A DNA stretch of 64,000 nt from an uncultured Methanosarcinaceae archaeon (lineage in GTDB: Archaea > Halobacteriota > Methanosarcinia > Methanosarcinales > Methanosarcinaceae), in NCBI GenBank assembly GCA_963833425.1, contig CAWHXP010000003.1, forward strand, positions 416,001 to 480,000, read 5' to 3'. The notes beneath the pieces were generated by a model, which worked only from the letters and a program-made list of their open reading frames with translations, had not been told where the DNA came from and did no database searches. This document shows, piece by piece, positions 23,447 through 33,975 of the stretch. The position numbers and the translations under genes are program-made. Positions within the stretch are counted from its first letter, which is position 1. The number at the start of each line of letters is the position of its first letter.

Positions 23447-23706
23447 TTCCTCCGGTTTATAGGGAGACGCTTCTTTCCCTTACGTATGTCCCCATAAATT
23501 CTTAATGCGACATATGCTGGCGGTATTAAAGCTCCAACGGAGCCCGTAAGATACCATCCCACGAGCGATAGGAGTTCGGTCACGACCACGCCTACAGCTA
23601 ATTGAGCTTTAGCTTTTTCATACGAAAGGCCAATAGGTTCATCAACGGATTGTTCTCCCTTTGCTTTGGGGTGTAAAGGTCGATTTTGCGACATGTTTAT
23701 CTCCAA
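23443..23706 (-). CDS. Hypothetical small membrane protein
   Basis: ggag RBS before MSQNRP; hydrophobic LAVGVVVTELLSLVGWYL..ALIPPAYVAL. Confidence 0.45.
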   Translation of the reverse strand: MEINMSQNRPLHPKAKGEQSVDEPIGLSYEKAKAQLAVGVVVTELLSLVGWYLTGSVGALIPPAYVALRIYGDIRKGKKRLPINRRN

Positions 23707-23724
23707 TATAAATGCAATATATTA

Positions 23725-23820
23725 GGTTCCGTTGCAAAAAATCCTTTCTAATGATACGATAGAATAAAAAGAAAACCAAAGATAGTAATATGGTATCTAA
23801 TTGGTTCCGTTGCAAAAATG
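23725..23820. mobile_element. Two tandem solo IS6 terminal inverted repeats
   Basis: ggttccgttgcaaaaa at 23725 and 23803. Confidence 0.75.
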
Positions 23821-24163
23821 AATGATTCACAATTAGCTTTTCTGATTTCTTATTTATGATTGTGATTCAGTTAAATTAATTCCAAATGTTCCATGGGTTC
23901 CAGGTGTTCTATGAGCTTTATAAGTTCCAAAAGTTACATAACTCTATAAGTTTCACGAGGAGTAAACCAGCAATTTTGTATTCTGGATGGAACCTAGGAA
24001 ATTCATAGATTTTCTTACAAAAACTATGTATGAATTCTGATGAAAAAATAATTACAAAATTAGAAGTACTAAACAAAAATTTAATTTCGAAATTACAACA
24101 AACTTGCAAGACTCCTTTTTTTCCATTCTTTGCTGAACTTTGGAGTTAAGTCAGCTAGCTTAC

Positions 24164-25255
24164 TCATAAACTTCCTTCATTTCTTCGATATAGGTTAAGT
24201 TGTTTGCAGATAACTACGGAAACCCAGATTGTAGATACAGGAATGAAGGTTTTCAGAAACCCTATTTCTTGGTTTGTGAATTGTAGGTAATTGGTCATTC
24301 CTGCTGTCCCAAACCAGCACCCGAGAATAATTTGGGACACTTCAAATAGCAGGAGTGCGATAAATGCTCTTGTAGCCCGCTGCTCTATATTGCCGATGTC
24401 ATCTGGTATTCCTTTTCTTATAATCAGGAGATATGCAACATTCACGCCAAAGAAATATCCTACCGTATCGGATTTTATCAGGGACAATACTAGGAATACG
24501 AGAGGAATAACGAACATAAAACCGTAAAAAAATAAATTTTGGCGTCTGAAAGCTAATTCAAAATTCTTTTTTTTGAAAAAATTATTTTTAAGAGGGCTTT
24601 TGAGAAGATATGCAAAAACGACTAGGGAAACTAACCCTACAATAGTCCCACCTAATACATCTCCTATGAAATGTTTCCCTAAGTATAGTCTTGAAAAAGC
24701 CATTAATACTATCACAAAAGGAGTTAATATTTTGAGTATCCGAGTGTTAAAAACAGTGGCAATTTTTCCCCATAGTGCAGTTGTCCTAGACATATGTCCT
24801 GAAGGAAAACCATAAGAATCAGGTTTAAAAGCTTCATGAAGACGAAATGATGTAAGAATCTGTTTGTCAGGAAGAGCGAAAATGCTTTTTATTCTATTCC
24901 CAGTAAAAGGAGATATACTTTTTATTCCATCTTCTAAGTTCATGACCCTATTGTCCACAAAATATGGTCTCGGAAATCCAACTAATATTTTTAGAGTCTC
25001 AGTAAACAGGGTTGTCCACAGAAACAGCTGAAACAAAAGAAAACCTTTTTTAAAATCAACACCAAAAATGGCTATAATTATTATAGGAACTAAGAATGAT
25101 GAAGATCCCATTTGAGTTATCTGAATCATGTGATCTGTAATACATTGAGTTCCATGGGATTGTAGGTAGATTATAGGTTCAGTTTGGAACATTTGTACAT
25201 CTCTCAAACGAATAGTTTTTCCAAATTTAAATTCTATTAAAGAACACTCTAACAT
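24164..25255 (-). CDS. PAP2-family membrane phosphatase
   Basis: K-x6-RP (KILVGFPRP), GFPSGH and SRLYLGKHFIGD motifs. Likely start MFQTEP near 25192. Confidence 0.88.
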   Translation of the reverse strand: MLECSLIEFKFGKTIRLRDVQMFQTEPIIYLQSHGTQCITDHMIQITQMGSSSFLVPIIIIAIFGVDFKKGFLLFQLFLWTTLFTETLKILVGFPRPYFVDNRVMNLEDGIKSISPFTGNRIKSIFALPDKQILTSFRLHEAFKPDSYGFPSGHMSRTTALWGKIATVFNTRILKILTPFVIVLMAFSRLYLGKHFIGDVLGGTIVGLVSLVVFAYLLKSPLKNNFFKKKNFELAFRRQNLFFYGFMFVIPLVFLVLSLIKSDTVGYFFGVNVAYLLIIRKGIPDDIGNIEQRATRAFIALLLFEVSQIILGCWFGTAGMTNYLQFTNQEIGFLKTFIPVSTIWVSVVICKQLNLYRRNEGSL

Positions 25256-25759
25256 TTTTATATCATTTAATACCTCTTTTGAGCCAAGGCTAGCAGTCAG
25301 CTTTCAATGGCATTCATGCTACTAACTTATGGTGGTAGGGAGAAGATCAAAACCCGAAAATGATCTAATCTTCCATTAAATTGTGTATTTTTGATATTTA
25401 TATATTGGAAAAGGTATTGAGAACACCTATATCAAAACTAACCGTGATACGAGACCTTCAATATATTGCTCTTATTGACATGCAATGGCCTGGTCATATA
25501 GGGCAATTATGTTTGTTTTGTTAATAAAATTATATACTAATATATATAAATTATTTAGTTATGGATTATAATCCAATAAATTTCAAGTAAAGAGGTTAAA
25601 TTTAAATTTATGATGTATAATTATAGTATATCTATATACGTGCCTGTTGCAAATCCAGGCACTTAATCAAGTGATTAAACCATTCTAGACAAGAGGATTC
25701 TCATTTCAATCCTAAAAAATAAAATTTTGATCATAATAATCCAAAATAGGATCTATTTC

Positions 25760-26083
25760 TTAGTTTTTGGCAGCCTTCTTTCCTATGAAATATAAAAGAC
25801 TACCACTAACTATTACACCTATTACTGCGGACATGATGTATGCTGCTGAAGCTACGAGCTTCGAATCCGCGAAAGAAGGGCCGTTGGGGATGTTATAATC
25901 CTGCATTGGTGCATGCCATAAGCCAGAGAGTTCCTCCAATCCAGGAGGCGTATACCCAACCTTATTCTTAAGCTCATCTGGTGCCCATTCGCCATATGCA
26001 GTGCCTGCTGCAAGCAGACCTATAGGCACAAAAATTACCAATAATACCAAACCAATTGTTAAGTTTCTTACCATCTTATCCAC
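25760..26083 (-). CDS. PDGLE-domain (NikN/CbiN-like) ECF accessory protein
   Basis: Two TM segments around GEW..EL...GY.PPGLE..S.LW.APM.DY; directly downstream of cbiM. Confidence 0.8.
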   Translation of the reverse strand: MDKMVRNLTIGLVLLVIFVPIGLLAAGTAYGEWAPDELKNKVGYTPPGLEELSGLWHAPMQDYNIPNGPSFADSKLVASAAYIMSAVIGVIVSGSLLYFIGKKAAKN

Positions 26084-26092
26084 ATTTTCACC

Positions 26093-26818
26093 TCAGAATG
26101 TGACTTCCCTTTTCAGTTCGGTTCTATTGATCCCCGCTTCAGATTTCTCTCCATAAAATACAGAAGTATCTGTTCTTTGGATATAGGTAAAAATAATTGC
26201 TGTAAGCAGTGCTTCAAGAATGCTGAATGCCATAGCATGTTCAAGTACCATGGCAGGAATAGTCACGCTCAAGGTATATGGCATATAAATCGGGACTCCT
26301 TCAGCCGTGTGTTCCAAAATTGGCTGTATCCCTAATTCAACGCCCGCACAAAGCGATGCCATGGTCAGAGAAAGCCACCCAGCAATAGCCGCAGCAATAA
26401 CTCTCGTACGGGATGTAATCACTGAATTACCACTAATCAACTTATAAGCGTAGTAAGCGACAAAGGGTATCACCACTCCCATATTGAAGCAGTTAGTAGC
26501 TATGGCTGTTATTCCTCCATCACCAAAAATGAGTGCCTGCAATACCAAAGTTACAGAAATAGCTATAACTGCTGCATATGGACCTATGACTAAGGCGATA
26601 ATTCCACCTCCCACGGCATGGCCTGTGCTGCCTCCTGGAACAGGGACGTTAAACATCATTATTACAAATGAGAATGCGGCTGATAGCGCCAGCAGAGGGA
26701 CTTGTCTGGACTTTAACTCTGCGGTCAGCTTCTTTCCTGCATGATACCATATCGGGATCATAATGATCCAGAACGCAATATATGTATGCGGCCCTAAATA
26801 TCCGTCTGGAATGTGCAT
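26093..26818 (-). CDS. cbiM: Ni/Co ECF transporter S component
   Basis: N-terminal MHIPDG; GGSTGHAVGG and QALIFGDGGITA. Confidence 0.92.
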   Translation of the reverse strand: MHIPDGYLGPHTYIAFWIIMIPIWYHAGKKLTAELKSRQVPLLALSAAFSFVIMMFNVPVPGGSTGHAVGGGIIALVIGPYAAVIAISVTLVLQALIFGDGGITAIATNCFNMGVVIPFVAYYAYKLISGNSVITSRTRVIAAAIAGWLSLTMASLCAGVELGIQPILEHTAEGVPIYMPYTLSVTIPAMVLEHAMAFSILEALLTAIIFTYIQRTDTSVFYGEKSEAGINRTELKREVTF

Positions 26819-27164
26819 TTGTCTCTCTTCCCCTAGCTGATTTCTTATGGTTTTAAGATTACAATGGTTATGTTGATTGAGTAATTTTTCATGACATTAA
26901 AAATTAGCCTTATGAGAAGAATACGAACATGCTTAGGCGAGTATTTATTAAAGTATCTTCGAAGACAACTCTGCTCTCTGAAATATTTAAATAAATTTGT
27001 CATTCATTGTTTCTAAAATATGTAAAATTAACACGCTTTGGAAACAAAATTGAGTTCAATATACTCGGTCTGTTCAATTTTTATTTTAAACAGTTAAATC
27101 TTTAATTTTATTTTTAGTTCAACTGCATAAGGCATAGAGTGTTCTTATAAATCCATATTGTTGA

Positions 27165-27192
27165 GTATTACATATGCATAAATTTATATTAC
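27165..27192. promoter_or_regulatory. Putative NikR-type operator
   Basis: GTATTA-N16-TATTAC, a near-palindrome about 350 bp upstream of cbiM. Confidence 0.4.
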
Positions 27193-27687
27193 TTTTTTGG
27201 ACAAATTATAATTTTATTCATAAGTAAAGCAAAATCCGTATTCCTACTTCGAATTATTCCCACAAAGAAAACAGAACCCATAGATACCAATAGACTGCAG
27301 TTCTCAAGGGTAACTAATGATTTACTGGCTTAAACTCAATTCATATACATGTTTTGTGCTGAAGTCCCCGAATTTTCTGACTTCTATATAGAGTAAAAAA
27401 GCATTGCAAATATTTTACTTACGGAACATTTGAACTAATTACCATATATCACAGTAAAAAAAAATTGATTTAAATTGAGATGAGTATTACAATTTTTTAG
27501 TATTATATTATAAAATATAAAAAAGATTAAAGAAAATATTAAATATAAAGTTGTCATAATTTATATGTCAATTCAAAAAAAATACAAAAACATTAGCAGT
27601 TGCAGTAAAATCAACCGATCTTTCAAGTTGTATTTTTCTGTATTTCAACATATTATTAATTTGAACAAAATATAAAAGGTGAAGTAA

Positions 27688-28026
27688 ATGTTAAAACAAT
27701 CATCTAGTAAAATGAAAAAGGTCCTTGCTATTTTGCTGTCGGTTCTTTTCGTAACATCTTTGTTAGCTGTAGCTGTCGAAGCACATGGCGGCGGTTCCTG
27801 GGGTTATCCTGGCTGGGGCTGGGGCAGACCCTGATGGGGTGGCTGGGGCTATGGTACTGGTTGTAGGTGGGTGGGTGGTGATAATTGGCTCTGCCCTGGA
27901 TTCAATTTTACATCGGGAATGCCATACACTATTCAAAATTCAACACCTGTAGCTCCAGCTCCTGCGGCTCCGGATCTAGGTCCAGATGCGGGACTAGCTA
28001 TATTTCCAAAAAAAGCGTCAACATAG
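27688..28026 (+). pseudogene. Small secreted Gly/Trp-rich protein with in-frame TGA at codon 49 (not in the ORF track)
   Basis: RBS aggtga; MLKQSSSKMKKVLAILLSVLFVTSLLAVAVEA-HGGGSWGYPGWGWGRP*WGGWGYGTGCRWVGGDNWLCPG...; signal peptide paralogous to that of 59011. Confidence 0.75.
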
Positions 28027-29536
28027 ATAATTTCTCCCAGTACGTGATTAAAACAGTGTGAATAATGTTACCCTTAGTCATTGTATAGGATTTTGATAAG
28101 CAAGGTATAAAACATTTTAAAATTGACAAAAATTTAATATTAATTTTATTTTTTATTATTTCTAGATAACATCACAAGGTTATCAACAAATTACAAATTT
28201 TACTAGAAAACAACCATTATCATAAAATATTGCTATTCTTCAAATTTTGCATTTAATTTAGATATGTTTCTTTGATGGTTTAGCTGAAGTTCTGTTATAT
28301 CTGATGAGCTCAGTATCGTTTTCTTTCACTTCAAAAAAGCAGGATGCTGAAGTAGTAGTTATACTAATTAAATTTTTGTTATTTTATTCTTATTTATACA
28401 CAGTTTTAGTGTGTAAACCTATGTACATTCTCAATTTAAATTCTTCATTACTATTTTTGATGGAAATTTGGTAAGTAATATTATTATTAAGTTTAATATC
28501 ATAAAATATGAAAAAAATAAAGAAAAATAATAAATATGAGTTTGTCATACATTCAAATGTCTATTCAAAAGCTCTAGAAAAATAAGAAGGTCTGAAATCT
28601 ATTCATCGAATCTATTGTGCTGGAATTCCCTGTGGTGATGGAATTAGTGAAAATAGGTAGAAAGTTTCAGATTTTTAAAACAAAATACCAAGTGCCATGG
28701 AAGAGTTTCACTCCGTTTTCCTTCCAGCTACTCTCTTTCAAATAGGCACAATATCAAACCCAGTTTCTTATAATATATCCAATATGCTTCCCTGCCACAA
28801 ATCCAGATGCTAAAGCAAGTAATTGAGCCCTTTTGAATATACTTTCCTATAGCTTGAATCCATTTTTCGTAATATAAATACAAATGGAAATAAGTGTACA
28901 TTTTGATATTCTGATCGCTGAACAAGCGCATAAAAAATATGGAAGAATTTGATGTTAATTACCAAAACTTCCACTAGGGCTTTTTTATTTTTGGATTTTC
29001 AGGAAGTAACTTAATATTTAACCTTATGTTATCCTGGATCAATTTTTGAATGTTAATCTCTGGATTATGCATATGTTTTGCTATAAAAACTATGCATCAG
29101 TAAAAATGATAAATCCTATTTTTTTTGTGGCAAACAAAAATGTATATCAAGTGAATTTCTCAATTTTACCTATGAGTTTCTAATACTTTTTTGTATTTAC
29201 TGAGATAAATCGATGGAAACATGCATATCCCTGCATGCAATGGAATAATTTAATTAAAAAAGAATAGGCAAATTTCGGCATTGAATAATTAATTAAAGGC
29301 ATGATCTACTTTCATTTATTTTAAAAATAGCAAGGAGTTTTTTTGGCTCCTTACTTTTTATTTATTTTTAGGTATTTTGGATACTTATTCCAAATAATCG
29401 CTTTTTTACCTAACTTAATTGCTTAAATTATCAATTACAGTATTAATACTGCATTAATGTTTTTCTCTTTGTTGACATCACCTACCTAGTTGACCTTTTA
29501 CCTGGTTAATAGTTTTTCAGGCTAATTAGGAGCCGA

Positions 29537-30913
29537 CTATGTTGCAGTGATTGGAACTGTTGATATTTTTGTACTTGTACCAACTTCATCGCTTGCTGTC
29601 AGTGTAGCCCAATAGATCCCTTCTCTATAGTAAGTATGCTCTGGATCCTGTAGGGTAGAAGTAGTCCCATCTCCAAAGTCCCAGTACCAAGACGTTGGTC
29701 CTCCTGTAGTTCTATCAGTGAACTGCACAGTAAGTGGAGCAAGACCGTCGGTTGGATTGATTCTGAAATGTGCATCAAGCGTACTCTCTGTGGTTATTGT
29801 AACTGTTGATATTTTTGTACTTGTACCAAGTGCATTGCTTGCTGTCAGTATAGGGGTATAGATCCCTGCTGTATTGTAAATATGCTCTGGGTTCTGTTGT
29901 GTAGAATTCGTTCCATCTCCAAAGTCCCAGTACCAAGACGTTGGTCCTCCTGTAGTTCTATCAGTGAACTGCACATCAAGTGGAACAGAACCTTCGGTTT
30001 GATTGATTCTGAAATGTGCATCAAGCGAACTTTCTGCAGTTATTGTAACTGTTGATATTTTTGTACTTGTACCAACTTCATTGCTTGCTGTCAGTATAGG
30101 GGTATAGATCCCTGCTGTATTGTAAGTATGCTCTGGATTCGGTAGGGTAGAAGTAGTTCCATCTCCAAAGTCCCAGTACCAAGACGTTGGTCCTCCTGTA
30201 GTTCTATCAGTGAACTGCACAGTAAGTGGAGCAAGACCGTCGGTTGGATTGATTCTGAAATGTGCATCAAGCGAACTCTCTGCAGTTATTATAACTGCTA
30301 TTGGAACTGTTGATATTTTTGTACTTGTACCAACTTCATTGCTTGCTGTCAGTATAGGGGTATAGATCCCTGCTTCATTGTAAATATGCTCTGGATTCTG
30401 TAGGGTAGAAGTAGTTCCATCTCCAAAGTCCCAGTACCAAGACGTTGGTCCTCCTGTAGTTCTATCAGTGAACTGCACATCAAGTGGAACAGAGCCTTCG
30501 GTTTGATTGATTCTGAAATGTGCATCAAGCGAACTTTCTGCAGTTATTGTAACTGTTGATATTTTTGTACTTGTACCAACTTCATTGCTTGCTGTCAATA
30601 TAGGGGTATAGATCCCTGCTGTATTGTAAGTATGCTCTGGATTCTGTAGGGTAGAAGTAGTTCCATCTCCAAAGTCCCAGTACCAAGACGTTGGTCCTCC
30701 TGTAGTTCTATCAGTGAACTGCACATCAAGTGGAACAGAACCTTCGGTTTGATTGATTCCGAAATTTGCATCAAGAATTCCCACGTTCATGGTAAGACTC
30801 ATAGAAAGTGGTTGTGATGAAATAGTCATTGCTAAAGCAGTGATAGGTCCCAGACCACAAATCACAACTAAAATGAGTAAAATATTAAAAATCGTTCTTT
30901 TATTTTTGATCAA
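29537..30913 (-). CDS. Secreted protein of five tandem PKD domains, no C-terminal anchor
   Basis: Signal peptide then 5x ~82-aa VQFTDRTTGGPTSWYWDFGDG units, near-identical at DNA level. Confidence 0.92.
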   Translation of the reverse strand: MIKNKRTIFNILLILVVICGLGPITALAMTISSQPLSMSLTMNVGILDANFGINQTEGSVPLDVQFTDRTTGGPTSWYWDFGDGTTSTLQNPEHTYNTAGIYTPILTASNEVGTSTKISTVTITAESSLDAHFRINQTEGSVPLDVQFTDRTTGGPTSWYWDFGDGTTSTLQNPEHIYNEAGIYTPILTASNEVGTSTKISTVPIAVIITAESSLDAHFRINPTDGLAPLTVQFTDRTTGGPTSWYWDFGDGTTSTLPNPEHTYNTAGIYTPILTASNEVGTSTKISTVTITAESSLDAHFRINQTEGSVPLDVQFTDRTTGGPTSWYWDFGDGTNSTQQNPEHIYNTAGIYTPILTASNALGTSTKISTVTITTESTLDAHFRINPTDGLAPLTVQFTDRTTGGPTSWYWDFGDGTTSTLQDPEHTYYREGIYWATLTASDEVGTSTKISTVPITAT

Positions 30914-31156
30914 TTTTTAATCTCCTTTATATTTTTTTAGTAGAATTATTAATTCGCTAGACTTCCCCTAAAGTATGTTAAAATTTATGGCAAAGTTTGA
31001 ATTTTTTTATATATTTGATGTTTTAATTTGAATTGATACTTTGTATTGGGTAAAATCTATTTAAGTAAAAAATTTGATTCGAAGACTAATTTATGCACAA
31101 TACTATTTAAATAATTTGATTCTGTTTGTGTATTACCAAGTCAGTGTCGAACTGTA

Positions 31157-31245
31157 GACGATTTCGATGAACCACACTTTTTAGTAGATAGTTTATAAAG
31201 TGTATATAAGCAATTTGTTGAAATCAGAGGTTTATCGAAATCTTC
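31157..31245 (-). mobile_element. MITE copy with a 4-bp target duplication TGTA
   Basis: tgta|gacgatttcgatgaacc...gaggtttatcgaaatcttc|tgta. Confidence 0.7.
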
Positions 31246-31581
31246 TGTAGACTATGAATTTATTGACTTTTAGGATAGGGATTTTAGCCAAGTTCTTTTT
31301 ATAATAAACTGCAGATCTGTTAAATTATTTGAATGATAAATCACGTTAAATCAGGCAGTATTGTGAAATTTATATATAGGATAAAGATTATTACAGCTAT
31401 TTTTACCGTAATAAACAGGATTTATTGACTTTTCTGATGCACATGCTTAAGATTAAAACCTGTGTATAAAAATATGCAATAATTTTTTGATATTAGCGAT
31501 TTTACAAAACTTTCGGCACAATGTTTGTTATTGGATTGGAAATAGCATGAGACATCTAATGTAAGAGATACCAAAGTTCCA

Positions 31582-31890
31582 TCAGTACAATAACATTTTA
31601 AATTGTAAGGCAGTTATCAGGAAAAAGATTCAAGTCTGAATTCAGACACTACTTAAAAAAAGTTTAATTTTAAGGCAAAACATAGCTATCAAAAAAAATA
31701 ATGATTAATAGATTTTGGTATTATGCACAAAATTTTATAAATTGCGATTGTTTCTCAATTCCAGTCTTTCGCAACAAAAAAACACAATTTCGAGTTGATT
31801 GTTCTGCTGACAAAGTTTTGTCTTTATCTTCTTCACCGATGTATAGATCGTGCCTAAAAACTTATGTATCAGTGAGAAAATAGAAACATA
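31582..31890 (+). repeat. Diverged ~310-bp direct repeat, copy 1
   Basis: agtacaataacattttaaattg...tgctgacaaagttttgt shared with 32855-33170. Confidence 0.8.
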
Positions 31891-32003
31891 AACTTTGTCA
31901 GTAAAACTATTTGCTCTGCATCCTGCTTTTTACAGTGAAAGAAAAGGATAAAGAGCAATCATATTTTACAGAACTTTAACTAACTGGCCTCCCAATCAGA
32001 TTT

Positions 32004-32675
32004 TTATTTAATTTTTTTTAGATAATTTTTTTTACTGGCCAAAGCCACTGAATCATGTGGGTTAATTTCAATTGCTTTGTCAAATGCTTTTATTGCTTCA
32101 TCGGATTTACCTAATTTCGCTAAAGCTGCGCCTTTTGCATCACAAAATTGTGAATTCTGCGGGTTAATTTCAATTGCTTTGTCAAATGCTTTTATCGCTT
32201 CATTGAATTTATTTAAATTATTTAGAGCAAGTCCTTTACCAAACCAAGCAAATGAATTCTGTGGATTACTTTCAATTGATTTTTCAGATGCTGTTATTGC
32301 TTCATCTGGTTTCTTTAAACTAATTAGAGCAAGTCCTTTACCGTACCAAGCTATTGAATCGTGTGGGTTAATTCCAATTGCTTTGTCATATGCTTTTATT
32401 GCTTCATTGGATTTACCTAATATATATAAAGAAAGTCCTTTATTGTGCCAAGCTTCAAAATTCTGTGGGTTAATTTCAATCGCTTTGTCATATGCTTTTG
32501 TTGTTTCAGCAAGATTGGTTAAATTCAAAGATTTGCTGCTCCCAGAGTTCGAAATATCTGCAAATGACCCAGCACCTGCGATACTCACCAGGATTAAAGA
32601 CACGAGCATAGTGACGCCTAATGCCGTTACGATAGTATGCCTTCGACCTGCTTTATTATATGTCACTTTTTTCAT
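32004..32675 (-). CDS. Secreted TPR protein
   Basis: Signal peptide ending SIAGA, then about 5 AIKAYDKAIEINPQ TPR units. Confidence 0.88.
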   Translation of the reverse strand: MKKVTYNKAGRRHTIVTALGVTMLVSLILVSIAGAGSFADISNSGSSKSLNLTNLAETTKAYDKAIEINPQNFEAWHNKGLSLYILGKSNEAIKAYDKAIGINPHDSIAWYGKGLALISLKKPDEAITASEKSIESNPQNSFAWFGKGLALNNLNKFNEAIKAFDKAIEINPQNSQFCDAKGAALAKLGKSDEAIKAFDKAIEINPHDSVALASKKNYLKKIK

Positions 32676-32854
32676 TTTTAGTCTCCTGGAATTTGTTTAT
32701 ATAATAATGACAAAAAGTGTCTAAATAAATACACATAGTTCAATACTTCATTCCGTAAAATAAACATTTCCCTTTAAGATTATATTTCTTGGTTTATTGA
32801 AAAAATGTGATATTATTTTTATGACAGATCTTAGCAAAACTTTTAAAGCTCAAT

Positions 32855-33170
32855 TAGTACAATAACATTTTAAATTGCAAGACATCTTTCAGTAGAAAGA
32901 TTTGAATCCGGATTCAGATACTACTCAAAAAAAACTACATTGTAAGATAAAATAGAACTAACAAAAAACAATGATGAATCGATTATTATAATATATAGTA
33001 TGTATTATAAATGAAAGCATTATAAATTCTGATTTTTACTCAATCCCTTTATTTCAAAACAAAAAACAGAATTCAAAGTCAATTGTTATGCTGACAAAGT
33101 TTTGTATTTATCTTTATCACTTATGTAACACATTTAATCACAAAATTTATGCATAAGGGTAAACAAGAAA
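32855..33170 (+). repeat. Diverged ~310-bp direct repeat, copy 2
   Basis: Matches 31582-31890. Confidence 0.8.
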
Positions 33171-33184
33171 GAAATCAAAATTGT

Positions 33185-33700
33185 GCTGGTGCACCCGGCT
33201 GCAAGCAACGCATTATGTTAGTATCAAAGCTAATGATATCGTTTTTTAGTGAAAATTCATTATTTCCATTTGCTGATGTGCTTGCTTTTCGTCCTGATTT
33301 CCCTGATTTTAAACATAATTTGTTATAATGTCGTAAGTGTTCCCTCTCCAACTGTTCCAATGTATCCTCCCACGCTCCATAGTTTTCCACCAAAAGCTGT
33401 ATTTTAATTCCATGGCAGTTTTTGAAGATTTTTCTAGCAATTATGCTTTTAATAATCTTTGTCGCTCTTGAGGGAGAATACTTTGGCTCAGCCCCAACAA
33501 AAAGATGTACTTGATCACCATCGCAACCAATTACATCAAATTCAAAGAGTATCTTTTACCAATCTCAGAGCATACTTTTTTTAAAAAATTAACCGCAAAA
33601 TCATTTAGAAGGTTTTTACGATATTTCATACAAAAAAAACCATGTGATATCTAATTTTATAGACACAATGGTTTTGGAATTTGATTGTTGATGGCTTGAA
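33185..33700 (-). mobile_element. tnpA: IS200/IS605 tnpA remnant with decayed right-end hairpin
   Basis: NHCVYKIRYHMVF, MKYRK, DGDQVHLFV (HUH), PKYSPS and GGKLWSVGGYIGTVG in shifting frames. Confidence 0.85.
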
Positions 33701-33975
33701 GTATAACATGATGAAAATCCATTTGACAGTTTGCCAAGTAAGCAGGATATATTAGTTGCAACAGGCTGAGAAAATAAAACAAAAAGTTATATATCAAGAA
33801 ACAAGAGGAAAAGTTCGAAAAGAGCTCCTTGAAAAAAAATTTAGACCTTGAAAACAGAAACAATACATCAAACATTGTATTTAAGTTCGTTATTCTTGTC
33901 AATAAGAGTTTAAATTTATTGATTTTGTTTTCAAAGACACAAACATTTGATACTAACTCAACTTTCTCTTTTTAA

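Noticed and set aside
27832..27834. TGA as selenocysteine
   Set aside because: Methanosarcina are not known to use Sec, no SECIS was evident, and the context suggests Trp or Gly.
28632..28700. ggtgatgg as a fluoride riboswitch
   Set aside because: The pairing partner and downstream consensus are missing, and no crcB-like gene follows.
29540..30775. Regular ~246-nt repeats as a CRISPR array or DGR template/variable repeats
   Set aside because: They are in-frame PKD domains with no unique spacers. No cas or reverse transcriptase gene is in the window and no adenine-specific differences were noticed.
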